Under the pieces are notes generated by a model. That model saw nothing but the letters and a program-made list of their open reading frames with translations. It ran no database searches and was not told where the DNA came from. Positions 37,782 to 47,893 of a stretch of DNA of 64,000 nt are shown here, piece after piece. The DNA lies in contig QZIT01000001.1 in NCBI GenBank assembly GCA_003599145.1, positions 3,831 to 67,830 of the forward strand, read 5' to 3'. Position numbers and translations under genes: made by a program. Origin of the DNA: Candidatus Woesearchaeota archaeon (GTDB lineage Archaea; Nanobdellota; Nanobdellia; Woesearchaeales; UBA9642). The first letter of the stretch is position 1. Each line of letters starts with the position of its first letter.

Positions 37782-38324
37782 TACCACAAGCACATTCCAG
37801 AACATAGACAAATGCAAAAAGTACAGCAACGCAAAAAGCGGCGCGCTGAGCCATAGTGGCAAACCTCTCGATTCTTTGGTGGCAAGCTCTTTTCCCCATT
37901 TCAGCGCAGCGGCAAGCATAAAAACGACAAGAGGGAACAAAAACCAGCTGTTTTGAAAAGCCTTAAACAACAATAACGCTGGAGCTACAGCGAAAGCAAC
38001 AATGCTGGCCAAAGCTCTCAACGCGCTTCCAAAAAAGGATTCCTGATGGAATATACTGAGTATTTTGCCATCAAGAAAATCGCAGACAAATGCAAACAAC
38101 AGAAATGCAAGCGCATAGTTAAAAATCTTTTCTGCACTGAAGAGCACGCTTAAAAACCCTGTGCCAAGGGTAAGAAAGGTTATAAAATCAGTGAGGGATA
38201 TTATTTTTTGAGGAGTGGAGCTGTGTTTCTTGATATTGTGCGCTATCCTGCTTTCTTGGCTATTTTTCATTCTAGTGGTTATGCTCGCTGTTTCATTTTT
38301 CCGTTTATTTTCTTGTTTGGCCAT
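37740..38324 (-). CDS. CDP-alcohol phosphatidyltransferase (PssA-like) with degenerate active site
   Basis: DFITFL, DFLDG...SFFG..L...IVAFAVAPA. Directly downstream of psd. Confidence 0.7.
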   Translation of the reverse strand: MAKQENKRKNETASITTRMKNSQESRIAHNIKKHSSTPQKIISLTDFITFLTLGTGFLSVLFSAEKIFNYALAFLLFAFVCDFLDGKILSIFHQESFFGSALRALASIVAFAVAPALLLFKAFQNSWFLFPLVVFMLAAALKWGKELATKESRGLPLWLSAPLFALLYFLHLSMFWNVLVVLAFSYLLLARLKR

Positions 38325-38342
38325 GCGAATATCTCTTTGACG

Positions 38343-38975
38343 TCAGTTAGGTTGCGCATCGGAAGCAATAGTTGCAATAACTGTTTTTCCTGCTTTGACC
38401 ACACTTCCTTTTTTTACTTTCAAAACAGTGTTCTTGGGCAAAATCAACACTGCCTGAGAGCCAAAGGCGATTCTGCCGAGAATATCTCCTCTGCCTATAC
38501 GCTGATCTTTTTTTACGAACGTTTTTATTCTTCTAAAAAACATGCCTGCAATCTGGATGACTTTTATCTTCAGAGTTCCCTGAATGATCGTTTCAACATA
38601 TTCATTGGTCAAAATGGCTTCGGGGTTCTTTGCGGAGTAAAATTCTCCCATGCGGTGTTTTAAGGAAACAACCGTGCCGTCAATGGGAGACCTATTCACA
38701 TGAACATCATGCCATCGCATGAAAATGGTGATGAGATACCCTTTTTCAGCAATATCTTCTGTATGAGCAATGACTTTGCTTATGTTTTTTTCAACCTTTA
38801 ATGCAGGAGCGTTGTCAAAGGAAATGATTTCTATGACTTTGCCGTCAGCTGGGCTCAAAATACTGCTTCCTTTGGAAATTTTTCTTTCAGGATTTCTTGA
38901 CACAAAGCGCAAGAATAAGAATAAAAGAATGCCTAAAAACAGAATGCATCCTATTGTCCATACCCACCAGCCCAT
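38343..38975 (-). CDS. psd: Phosphatidylserine/archaetidylserine decarboxylase proenzyme
   Basis: RNPER, LSPADGKV, IFM..HDVHVNRSP, NE, QIAG, FGSQ self-cleavage motif. Confidence 0.9.
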   Translation of the reverse strand: MGWWVWTIGCILFLGILLFLFLRFVSRNPERKISKGSSILSPADGKVIEIISFDNAPALKVEKNISKVIAHTEDIAEKGYLITIFMRWHDVHVNRSPIDGTVVSLKHRMGEFYSAKNPEAILTNEYVETIIQGTLKIKVIQIAGMFFRRIKTFVKKDQRIGRGDILGRIAFGSQAVLILPKNTVLKVKKGSVVKAGKTVIATIASDAQPN

Positions 38976-39018
38976 AGTGTTTATGAGAATTCTATTTTTA
39001 ATAAAGGTTTCGGTTATG

Positions 39019-40815
39019 TTATTCTTCCTTAAGCTGTTTCAGCATGTCCATGACTTTCTTTCCAGGAACTCTTCCTCGCAATACTTTCATGGCTTCTCCC
39101 ATCAGCCCAGAAACCGTTGCATCAGGATGCTCTGCGACGATTCGCCTCATGGTCTCCTTGAAATCATGCTCTGAAAAAGCATACGCTGAATAGTTGACTT
39201 TATGCCCTTGGGCGAGGGAAACGACAATATCAATGACTGCCTCCTGAGGGATCTCTTCTTTATTGACTTTGGTCAAAAGTTCAACAGCGTATTTTCTTAC
39301 ATCAACCTCGATAGTAAAACGCTTTTTGATTTCCTTAGGCATATTGAGGAAATAATACGCAAGAAAAACAGGGTCGACATTAGGATAGTTTCTCATCAAA
39401 TCGTCTAGGGCAATGCCTTTTTTTACTGCGAGTTTTGCAAGGTCTTCGCTTAATCCTGCCTTTTTATAATCATCTTTTTTTTCTTCCAGCAATTGAGGAA
39501 TCTCAATGTTTTCTGTTTCAGGAATAACCGGCTTTACGTCAGTTTCAGGGTACATTCTACTGCTTCCCGGCATAGGCCTCAAATAGGTGGAAGTGCCGTC
39601 AATATTGGCCCTTCTTACTTCAGAGGGAATTTTTTCAAAAAGCAGGTAAATTCTGTCAATAACTGCCTGCAAAGCTTTTTCTGCAATTTTTTTTTCTTCT
39701 GCAATCAAAATAAATGCATCATCTTTCTCCAGTTCAAAAAAGTCTGCAGTATGCTTTATTTCTTCTTTGGTTAGCCCGTAATTTTCAAGAGTTTCATCGC
39801 TATGGAAAAGTCCTAAAACTCCTTTTGTTTTTGCATAATCGCTCAATTCAGTTCCCAGTCGTTTATTCGGCTGTATCTCTTTTTTTAAAAATCCTTTAAA
39901 ATGCTCCAATTTAATGCCAAACACAGGCTTATCTCTCAAGATATTGACATTCGTATTCGCAAAAAGTTCTGTTGCCTCTTTTATCGCTATGGTTTTTTTA
40001 GGAAGCATCAGCGTTCTTTTTAATTCTAAAAGACTGATTTGCCTGAGCACTTCGTTCTCAACCAGCAATTGCAGTTGCTTTAAATCCTGAGCGCCTTTAA
40101 TCTCTATTCTCGCTCCGCCTTTAATAGATACATTGACATCCTGTCTTATGGTGCCCAACCCCCTTTTTACTTTGCCTGTGCTTCTTAGTAGCATTCCTAA
40201 GTATTCTGCAACTTCCCGGCACATCTGCGGGGTTGCAATATCTGCATGCGTTGCTATTTCTATAAGAGGAATTCCCAGCCTGTCCAGCCTATAAACCGTA
40301 AAATGCTTCGCATCCTTGATGATTCTTGCAGCATCCTCTTCAATGCAAATCGTAGGAATACGTATGTGCTTTCCATTGACAGCAATAATGCCATCTCTTG
40401 CGATCAATGCAGTTCTTTGAAATCCCGATGTATTGCTGCCATCTGCAACGGTTTTTCGCATGACCTGTATCTGATCAACAAACTTTGCGCTGGTCATTTT
40501 TGCAACCTGCAGGGCAATCTGCAGAGCATAATGATTAATATCGTGAGGGGGCTCTTCATCTGTTTCAACCAGGCAGGTATTTTGAAAAATACCCTCATAA
40601 ACATATTGTTTTTCCTTTTGCATCTCATGCATAGCTGCTACATCAACATCTCCTGTTTCTCCTGCAACAGCGCGAATTCTTCTCTTCATAACAAAATCAG
40701 GCTCTCCGTCATATAACTGAGAAGGGCAGCTGCAGAATAACTTTTGCGTATCCAACTGCTGATGAATTTCCAAACCGCATTTCAACCCAATTTCTTTGTA
40801 GTTTATCTCCGCCAT
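39019..40815 (-). CDS. gatE: Glu-tRNA(Gln) amidotransferase subunit E
   Basis: GLEIHQQL, MRKTVADGSNTSGFQRT, RGLGTIRQDVN, RMYPETD. Confidence 0.97.
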   Translation of the reverse strand: MAEINYKEIGLKCGLEIHQQLDTQKLFCSCPSQLYDGEPDFVMKRRIRAVAGETGDVDVAAMHEMQKEKQYVYEGIFQNTCLVETDEEPPHDINHYALQIALQVAKMTSAKFVDQIQVMRKTVADGSNTSGFQRTALIARDGIIAVNGKHIRIPTICIEEDAARIIKDAKHFTVYRLDRLGIPLIEIATHADIATPQMCREVAEYLGMLLRSTGKVKRGLGTIRQDVNVSIKGGARIEIKGAQDLKQLQLLVENEVLRQISLLELKRTLMLPKKTIAIKEATELFANTNVNILRDKPVFGIKLEHFKGFLKKEIQPNKRLGTELSDYAKTKGVLGLFHSDETLENYGLTKEEIKHTADFFELEKDDAFILIAEEKKIAEKALQAVIDRIYLLFEKIPSEVRRANIDGTSTYLRPMPGSSRMYPETDVKPVIPETENIEIPQLLEEKKDDYKKAGLSEDLAKLAVKKGIALDDLMRNYPNVDPVFLAYYFLNMPKEIKKRFTIEVDVRKYAVELLTKVNKEEIPQEAVIDIVVSLAQGHKVNYSAYAFSEHDFKETMRRIVAEHPDATVSGLMGEAMKVLRGRVPGKKVMDMLKQLKEE

Positions 40816-41033
40816 ATTTCCTTATCCTTGTGCATGATGTATTTTACCCTGTGAAATGGGATTAAGCGAACATTGTGCTCTGTTTCAACGTAAATGGCGT
40901 TGTTTTCAATGCGAATGATACTTTCAGGATCTATTTTTTCAGGAAGCTGCTCTTCGTTAATGATAATTATCTCAAAGTCTTTCTTATGTTTTTCTTCCCA
41001 GACAATGCTGCTGAGCAAAGAAGCAAGATTCAT
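40803..41033 (-). CDS. DUF504/MJ1316-like small RNA-related protein
   Basis: IPFHRVKYI....IWRR motif, located between gatD and gatE. Confidence 0.65.
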   Translation of the reverse strand: MNLASLLSSIVWEEKHKKDFEIIIINEEQLPEKIDPESIIRIENNAIYVETEHNVRLIPFHRVKYIMHKDKEIWRR

Positions 41034-41034
41034 A

Positions 41035-42306
41035 TTAATAAGAGGTATCTTGTTCTGTCCTCTCTGAGAGTTCACCCCGAAAATTTCTTGCAAGCAACGC
41101 AGGAATATCTTTTTTGAAATTGCTTAATAGCCATGCTAATTTAATGAATACCGTTTCAGGAGGCATGTCCAAACCATTTCCCAAAATTCCCATTTCCTGT
41201 TCAGTTCTTCCCAAGCTATACACATTCATATTGACCCTGCCAAAAATGCACTGCGAGGTCATCACCACAGGAATTTTTTTTGCGAGCTCTGTCAATTTTT
41301 TCTTTATTTTCACGTGCTCTTTCGTGAGCGCATCAACTTGCTCGATGGGAAAATGTCCTAATCCTGTTCCTTCAAGAATCAATCCGTCAACATCTTTAAC
41401 AATTTCATCTTCTGAAAAATGCGGATGCGACTTTATCCATCCAATTTTTATTTTGGGATCAAATAATTTTAAGGCAAAGGTTCCTGATGTTTGTTCAGGC
41501 ATGGAAATATGAGAAATGCTTTTTGTTTCATAATTTACTTTTGCAAGAAGAGGCCTGTTGACTGAAACAAAGGCGCTTCTTTTTGACGTGTGCAGTTTTC
41601 GTGCATGCAAACCGTCAATAACAACGCAGTTAGTATCATCATCATTTTCGTGCATGCAGACAGCCACGCCTGAAAATTTTGAATTGACTGCAAATGCCAC
41701 TGCAGAAATAAGGTTCATGGCTGCATCGCTGCTTCCCCGATCAGAACTTCTTTGCGCACCAACAAGAACAACAGGAACAGGTATGTTTTCCAGAACAAAA
41801 GATAATGCGGCTGCGGTATAATGCAAGGTATCTGTTCCGTGCGTGATAATAATTCCCCTGGCTCCTGCATTGATTTCTTTCTCAATTTCCTTTGCCAATA
41901 CATTATAATGGTCAAAGCGCATATTTTCAGAAAAAAGATTTGCAACCAGTCTGCTATTGAGATTTGCAAGCTCTTTCAGCTCAGGAAATAACCCCAAAAG
42001 CTCTTCAGGAGTAAATTGAGGATGCACTGCACCGGTAGTGTAATCAACTTTTGAAGCGATAGTGCCGCCTGTATGCAGGATAGTTACCTTAGGAAGTTTT
42101 TCATTCTGGGAAACTTTTTCAGGCTTTTCTTTGTGCTCTTTTTTTTGCTCAATGACTGCGATATTTTTAATGTTTCTTTTATGAATGCCTATATTGTATC
42201 CATTGCTGAGCTTGATGACGGTAAAATCCTTCTGGTTTGAAGGTAATAAAACTCCCTGTACGGTTTCATGCAGGCACTCAACTTCAACGTAGTCTTTGGG
42301 TTCCAC
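41035..42306 (-). CDS. gatD: Glu-tRNA(Gln) amidotransferase subunit D
   Basis: KLSNGYNIG, TGGTIASKVDY, HGTDT, GAQRSSDRGSSD. Confidence 0.97.
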   Translation of the reverse strand: MEPKDYVEVECLHETVQGVLLPSNQKDFTVIKLSNGYNIGIHKRNIKNIAVIEQKKEHKEKPEKVSQNEKLPKVTILHTGGTIASKVDYTTGAVHPQFTPEELLGLFPELKELANLNSRLVANLFSENMRFDHYNVLAKEIEKEINAGARGIIITHGTDTLHYTAAALSFVLENIPVPVVLVGAQRSSDRGSSDAAMNLISAVAFAVNSKFSGVAVCMHENDDDTNCVVIDGLHARKLHTSKRSAFVSVNRPLLAKVNYETKSISHISMPEQTSGTFALKLFDPKIKIGWIKSHPHFSEDEIVKDVDGLILEGTGLGHFPIEQVDALTKEHVKIKKKLTELAKKIPVVMTSQCIFGRVNMNVYSLGRTEQEMGILGNGLDMPPETVFIKLAWLLSNFKKDIPALLARNFRGELSERTEQDTSY

Positions 42307-42378
42307 ACTGGAAAAAGAGCCTACAGGTATATAAAGTTTATTGATAAACTATATAAAGAAAGCCTCCTCCTAAGAACT

Positions 42379-42897
42379 ATGGAAATCGAAGTCAAAATTC
42401 TTGAAATTGACAAAAAACAAATAGAAAAAAAGCTTGTTGCTTTGGGAGCAAGGAAAATTTTTGATGGCACGATGCATGTGTTAAGCTTTGATTTTCCTGA
42501 TTTACGCCTAAGGAAGAAAAAAGACTTTTTGCGTTTGCGTACAGAAGGGCAAAAAACAATGCTTACCTATAAGAAAAAAGTGAGCAAAAAAAGATCAAAA
42601 AAAGCCATAGAATATGAAGCAAAAGTTTCTGATTTTCAAAAGACAAAAGTATTGCTTGAGGCGTTGGGATTAAAAATAACATTCAAGATTGATAAAAAAA
42701 GAACGGAATATGAGCTTCCTAACGTGAAATTTGCCATCGACACCTATCCAGGCATTCCAACGTTTATGGAAATAGAAGCAGATAGTGAAAAAAAGGTTTT
42801 TTCCTATGCGAAAAGATTAGGATTTCCGGAAAAAGACTGCAGGGCATGGACAGGCCGTGATGTTTTTGAATATTACGGAAAAACGATAAAGAAATAA
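42379..42897 (+). CDS. CYTH-domain (class IV adenylate cyclase-like) protein
   Basis: MEIEVK, LRLR, LTYK, EYE, FMEIE. Confidence 0.9.
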   Translation: MEIEVKILEIDKKQIEKKLVALGARKIFDGTMHVLSFDFPDLRLRKKKDFLRLRTEGQKTMLTYKKKVSKKRSKKAIEYEAKVSDFQKTKVLLEALGLKITFKIDKKRTEYELPNVKFAIDTYPGIPTFMEIEADSEKKVFSYAKRLGFPEKDCRAWTGRDVFEYYGKTIKK

Positions 42898-42906
42898 GCT
42901 CAATCA

Positions 42907-45180
42907 TCAGCCCATATACACAGGCCTTTGCTCTTTCATTTCTTCTCCTCTTGCACTAGAGAAATGCTCTTTTAATTTTTCATAGGCTTCTTCAACTTCT
43001 TTGCTCACCGAAGGCCTTACTTTTTTCAATGCTTCAGTAAAATGCTTTAATTTCACATCCTTTGCCTTCATATCTTCTCTCAAGGCAAGAATAGCTGCTT
43101 CCCTGCATACTGATTCGATATCTGCGCCAACATAGCCTTGGGTTTTATCAATAAGTTTTTTTACATCAACATCTTTTGCAAGAGGCATGTTTTTGGTATG
43201 GACTTTAAAAATCTCTTCACGGGATTTTGTATCAGGCACAGGCGTTAAAATAATCCTGTCAAATCTTCCAGGTCTTAACAAGGCAGAATCAACCATATCT
43301 GGCCTGTTGGTTGCGGCTACAACCACAACATCATTCAAATCCTCTAAGCCATCTAATTCAGTGAGTAACTGATTAACAACTCGCTCTGTAACGTGATTGT
43401 CTGATGTAGATGATCTGCGAGGGGCAATAGAGTCTATTTCATCAAAGAAAATAATAGTAGGACTTGCTTGTCTGGCTTTTTGAAAGACCTTTCTTACTGC
43501 TTTTTCGCTTTCCCCAACCCACTTGCTTAACAATTCAGGGCCTTTCACAACAATAAAGTTAGATTCGCTCTCCGTAGCTATGGCTTTAGCCAATAGTGTT
43601 TTTCCCGTCCCTGGAGCTCCATAAATCAAAACGCCTTTAGGAGGCTTTACTCCTAATCTGATAAATGATTTTTTGTTTTTTAATGGCCAGTCAATGGCTT
43701 CTATCAACTCCTGCTTTACGCTGTCTAAACCGCCAACATCTGTCCATGCAACATTGGGCTTTTCAATAAGCACTTCTCTTAATGCGCTAGGCCTAACAAA
43801 TCGCAGGGCTTTTAAAAAGTCTTCTTGCCCTATTCTCAGCTTCTCCAAAAATTCTTTTGGAATAGCTTCAAGGTCATCCATTTTTAAATTAGGAAGCTCT
43901 CTTCTCAAAACAATCATGGCAGCTTCTTTTGCAAGACTTGCAACATCAGCACCGACAAAACCGTGCGTTATGTCAGCAAGCTTTTTTAAATTGACTGTTT
44001 TATCCAGAGGCATGTTTCTCGTGTGAATTTTCAAAATGTTTAATCTTCCCGGGGTTCTTGGAACGCCAATTTCAATTTCCCTGTCAAACCTGCCTGGTCT
44101 TCTCAATGCAGGATCCAAAGCATTAGGGATGTTAGATGCTGCAATAACCACAACTTTACCTCTGCTTTTCAAGCCATCCATCATGGCTAACAGTTGGGCC
44201 ACAACTCTTTTTTCAACTTCGCCATGCACTTCCTCTCTTTTGCTTGCAATAGCATCAATCTCGTCTATGAAAATAATAGAAGGCGCATTTTTCTCTGCTT
44301 CTTCAAACTTCTTTCTCAAGTTTTGTTCGCTTTCTCCATAATACTTACTGATAATTTCAGGTCCATTGATTAATATAAAGTTTGCATTGGTTTCATTTGC
44401 TACTGCTCTTGCCAACAAAGTTTTTCCAGTTCCAGGAGGACCGTGCAATAGAACTCCTTTTGGAGGATCTATGCCAAGTCTTTCAAAAATTTCAGGATGT
44501 TTTAAAGGAAGCTCAATCATTTCTCTTACCTGGCTGACTTCTTCATCCAAACCACCAATATCTTCATAGGTAACATCAGGAACTTTTTCCTCTTTTAAGG
44601 CAACAGCCTCTGGATTAAAGACAACTTCGGTAACTTCTGTAATAATAACTGGTTCTTTAGGAAGGGTATCAATAACAATAAATTTCAAATCTCCCAAACC
44701 AAAACCAATCATGCTTTCATCAATCATGTTGAAAACATCGTCAAAAAACGGACTATGGCTTAACGTATTTCTTCTGCTTCTCGTGCCTCCTAAACTCACA
44801 ACATCGCCTTTAACTACAGCCCTGCCCAATAATCCTTGCTTGAAAATAACAGGATTTGCCCTTATCACCAAGCCCTCCCGGGCAGGAGCAATAATGACTT
44901 TTTTGGCCTCTTTCACCTGTATTTTTCTAATGGCAATGACATCACCTATGGAAGCTTTGGAGTTTCTTCTCAATAAACCGTCCATCCTAATAATATTTAA
45001 TCCAATATCTCCAGGATAGGCTCTATCGGCTATTGCAATGGTCTTTCTCTGGCCTTCGATTTCTACAATATCGCCAGGACGAGCATCTATCTGGTGCATG
45101 AAGCTGGTATCTATCCTGACAATGCCCTTATTGACATCATCCTGAATAGCTTCAGCAACTTTTAACTTCACATCCTTCAT
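42907..45180 (-). CDS. cdc48: Cdc48/VCP family AAA+ ATPase
   Basis: Two AAA modules ([33 protein letters not shown]) and an N-domain. Confidence 0.97.
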   Translation of the reverse strand: MKDVKLKVAEAIQDDVNKGIVRIDTSFMHQIDARPGDIVEIEGQRKTIAIADRAYPGDIGLNIIRMDGLLRRNSKASIGDVIAIRKIQVKEAKKVIIAPAREGLVIRANPVIFKQGLLGRAVVKGDVVSLGGTRSRRNTLSHSPFFDDVFNMIDESMIGFGLGDLKFIVIDTLPKEPVIITEVTEVVFNPEAVALKEEKVPDVTYEDIGGLDEEVSQVREMIELPLKHPEIFERLGIDPPKGVLLHGPPGTGKTLLARAVANETNANFILINGPEIISKYYGESEQNLRKKFEEAEKNAPSIIFIDEIDAIASKREEVHGEVEKRVVAQLLAMMDGLKSRGKVVVIAASNIPNALDPALRRPGRFDREIEIGVPRTPGRLNILKIHTRNMPLDKTVNLKKLADITHGFVGADVASLAKEAAMIVLRRELPNLKMDDLEAIPKEFLEKLRIGQEDFLKALRFVRPSALREVLIEKPNVAWTDVGGLDSVKQELIEAIDWPLKNKKSFIRLGVKPPKGVLIYGAPGTGKTLLAKAIATESESNFIVVKGPELLSKWVGESEKAVRKVFQKARQASPTIIFFDEIDSIAPRRSSTSDNHVTERVVNQLLTELDGLEDLNDVVVVAATNRPDMVDSALLRPGRFDRIILTPVPDTKSREEIFKVHTKNMPLAKDVDVKKLIDKTQGYVGADIESVCREAAILALREDMKAKDVKLKHFTEALKKVRPSVSKEVEEAYEKLKEHFSSARGEEMKEQRPVYMG

Positions 45181-45280
45181 AAAAGCGCTGAATTTACGGC
45201 AGAATAAAAAGGTTGTGGTTTTCCCAGACAAAAGATTTATAAATAAGTTCGTGCTCAATATCTCTAAAGAGGTGGGTGAT

Positions 45281-45556
45281 ATGGATAAGAAGATTCTTGA
45301 TGCGCCAGAGCAGCATTATTTTCATATAGCAGGAGGAGTTTCTGTAAAAAACATCAAAGAGCTTTTGCGCGAGCTGAAAAAAATGAAAACAGAAACCTAT
45401 CAGCACCATGTAAACGCAAACAAAAATGACTTTTCCAATTGGTTAAACGACATTTTTCAGGAAACAAAGCTTGCCAAAGAGATGTATACGGCAACCAAAA
45501 GCAAGGCAGCCATGCTTATTGCTGCAAGAATAAAACAATTGGAAAAAAAGAAATAA
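45281..45556 (+). CDS. Stand-alone DUF5752-like protein
   Basis: YFHIAGG...NIKELL..LKKM..ETYQHHVNANKNDFSNWLNDIF...LA. Strong SD. Divergent from cdc48. Confidence 0.8.
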   Translation: MDKKILDAPEQHYFHIAGGVSVKNIKELLRELKKMKTETYQHHVNANKNDFSNWLNDIFQETKLAKEMYTATKSKAAMLIAARIKQLEKKK

Positions 45557-45557
45557 A

Positions 45558-45968
45558 TTATACTTTTTCTTTTGCCCTTGGCAACTGCACAGGCGGTGGT
45601 AAATTAATCGTCTGGGAAAGCACCAATGCTTCTATCGCTCCTTTGGTCAGAATCTGATTCAGAATGAATAAGTTAATGTCTTTAGGCAGGGTTTTGTCTT
45701 TTTTCCAGTTCGCCATAATTTCCTTATTTTTTGCAGCAGTATCAATCCATAACACGTCTCCTTCCAGCTCAATAGAGCCAATGGCGGGCTCATAACTGGT
45801 TGTGTATTTAAATTTAAATGTCAACGCTGTTTGCTTATCTTTAGTTACGACAACTTTCGTATCCTCTACTTTCGTTATATTCACATTGTTGTTGATGCTT
45901 ATTTTTCCTTTGACAGGAGTCTTTTTTTCTGCTGTTATTTTTTCAAAGTTAAAACCGATTACCGTCAT
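45558..45968 (-). CDS. Conserved archaeal hypothetical protein (possibly SecB-like fold)
   Basis: MTVIGFNFEKI.AEK...IELEG...INLPPPVQLP; beta strands followed by helices. Fold assignment is inference. Confidence 0.65.
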   Translation of the reverse strand: MTVIGFNFEKITAEKKTPVKGKISINNNVNITKVEDTKVVVTKDKQTALTFKFKYTTSYEPAIGSIELEGDVLWIDTAAKNKEIMANWKKDKTLPKDINLFILNQILTKGAIEALVLSQTINLPPPVQLPRAKEKV

Positions 45969-46009
45969 TGTATCACCTAGACCAGGAAAAGAGAAAGTGT
46001 TTATAAATA

Positions 46010-46930
46010 TTAGGGTTTTATCCTTTCAAATTCTGTAAGATACCACTGCGCAACTTGCGCATTGTGGATAATCAGCACATTTTCATCATTAAATTCATCG
46101 CCGTTTCTTGTAGGATTATAAGAACCTGTAATGACGATGGCACTGTCTATAATAAAGACTTTATGGTGCATGGTGTAATTATTATTGTCCCATTCTACAG
46201 CAATGTTGCTGTTTTGCAATTTTTCAAATTCGCTGAAAGAGCTGTTTTGGGATTTTTCCATAATTCCCTGTACAGGAATTCTTTTTGATTTTTCAACAAG
46301 AAGATTTCCTATATCATCGTCGGTGAAGGAAAAAGTCATAAAATGGATAGAGCTGTTTGCTTTTTGCAACGCCTGCAAAACATGTTCTTTGCAGTTGTCT
46401 TTTGGGCAAAAGTAATTTTCTATGGTGAAATTGCTAAAGGTGATTTTCGGATGAGGTGTTTTTTTGCTCTGCTTGTTTTTGATGTTTTCAAAAGCAGCGG
46501 CATAATTTTTTGCCAGAGAAACTGAGTGAAGAACTACAACATTATTATTATTGTGCAGTTCTTCTCTTACCGTAGGATTAAAAGAGCCAGTAACTACGGT
46601 TTCATTGGTGAAGCAAAACTTGTTGTGCATAAGGCCTTTGCTGGAAACAGCAATGCCATAGTCTTTGTAGTTTTCTTCAAAGATAAGTGCAGGAATGCCC
46701 TGTTTTTTCAGATAGTCGTTCATGGGCTCATCAACATCATAGAAGACGCATTTTGCGTTTTGCGTATGCTGCATAAAGACTGCTGTACAGTTTGTTTCCG
46801 GACAGAAAAAAACTTCCAACGATCCTGTTTCTTGTTTTGGCTTTTCTTGGACAATAAGAATAATGCTTAGACACAATAAAAGAATAATGACGCTAAAAAC
46901 CATCAGTTTCAGCAAGGTTGATTTTTTCAC
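46010..46930 (-). CDS. Phospholipase D/Nuc family protein, membrane-anchored
   Basis: Two HKD-type motifs: MHNKFCF...TGSFN and MHHKVFIID...TGSYN. N-terminal TM. Confidence 0.9.
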   Translation of the reverse strand: MKKSTLLKLMVFSVIILLLCLSIILIVQEKPKQETGSLEVFFCPETNCTAVFMQHTQNAKCVFYDVDEPMNDYLKKQGIPALIFEENYKDYGIAVSSKGLMHNKFCFTNETVVTGSFNPTVREELHNNNNVVVLHSVSLAKNYAAAFENIKNKQSKKTPHPKITFSNFTIENYFCPKDNCKEHVLQALQKANSSIHFMTFSFTDDDIGNLLVEKSKRIPVQGIMEKSQNSSFSEFEKLQNSNIAVEWDNNNYTMHHKVFIIDSAIVITGSYNPTRNGDEFNDENVLIIHNAQVAQWYLTEFERIKP

Positions 46931-47013
46931 AGAAACAAATAACGCGTAGAATATTATATATTTTTTGGAAGACTTGGCGTAACAATTTCAAGAGCGTACA
47001 AAAATATTCTGCT

Positions 47014-47166
47014 TTATTCTGTGCTCACTTCACAGCTATCATCTGGCTTTCTATACTGCATATGCTGCGTGCACCAGACATGCATAGGGTATATAGGTTT
47101 GGTGCCCTGCGGGTCTCTTGAAATAGAGTACTTACAGTTCAGACAAAAAACAGATGTTTCTGCCAT
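47014..47166 (-). CDS. Small Cys-rich (zinc-ribbon-like) protein
   Basis: CLNC...WC...SC in 50 aa, TATA-like sequence upstream. Confidence 0.55.
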   Translation of the reverse strand: MAETSVFCLNCKYSISRDPQGTKPIYPMHVWCTQHMQYRKPDDSCEVSTE

Positions 47167-47206
47167 GTTGTTTATAATGCTTTTAAAAGATAAAAAGGTT
47201 TCGTTT

Positions 47207-47737
47207 TTATAATTGCTCAAAGCTTCTGTAGAGAGAAAATTTCGTTTCTGGATGCTGCTTTTGCATTTCCTCTATAATCTGATGGCATGGTTCTTTTTTT
47301 GGAGTGTAAGATAGTTTTTTGAGCTTTGCATAGACTTCTAATTCTTCGTCCAGAACGCATTTTAAGAGGTAAATATGATTCTTTTTTCTTTTCGGAAATT
47401 TTTTATGCTCTAAAAAACAGGAAAACTTTTCGGTGATTTCCCTTTCCAGATTCCAGGGAATGATTATTTTTTTAGCATTCAATTTTTTTACAGGCAACAG
47501 CGTAAGAACATCCTTGAAAATGCCCTTGAGCATAGATACACTGACGGCAAACTCTTTTGAACCATCATCTAATACATAGACTTTTTCTTTTGCCTTAAAA
47601 TAACCATACTTTCTTATCTCTTTTCGCACTCTTTTCTCTATAATATCCATAAACTGGCTTTCCTTATAGGCTATAGGCGTATAGGATAATGTTATCATGA
47701 TGCCAGAAATAGCCTTTTCTTTATATGTGTTGTTCAC
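47207..47737 (-). CDS. Degenerate TtuA/TtcA-like (PP-loop) protein
   Basis: FMDIIEKRVRKEIRKY, EELEVYAKLK and HPETKFSL resemble TtuA, but SGGKDS and the CxxC motifs are absent. Confidence 0.55.
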   Translation of the reverse strand: MNNTYKEKAISGIMITLSYTPIAYKESQFMDIIEKRVRKEIRKYGYFKAKEKVYVLDDGSKEFAVSVSMLKGIFKDVLTLLPVKKLNAKKIIIPWNLEREITEKFSCFLEHKKFPKRKKNHIYLLKCVLDEELEVYAKLKKLSYTPKKEPCHQIIEEMQKQHPETKFSLYRSFEQL

Positions 47738-47856
47738 CCTATTTTGTCACTATTCTCAAATGGTGTAGAAATCAAAAAATTTAAATAGAAGTACACCATT
47801 CTACAGTAAGAACAAAAGGGGGATTATAGCGATTCTTATCATACTCACCTCTTTTT

Positions 47857-47893
47857 CCCGGGAAGATTCCGGTATTCTTGGAATCTTCTTGGG
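47857..47893 (+). other. 14-bp RNA-type hairpin in intergenic region
   Basis: CCCGGGAAGATTCC-N9-GGAATCTTCTTGGG with two G-U pairs on the + strand. Confidence 0.55.

Noticed and set aside
42907-45180. Many antisense ORFs over cdc48 (also over the coiled-coil and giant genes)
   Set aside because: These are shadow frames of strongly biased coding sequence, with no motifs or translation signals.
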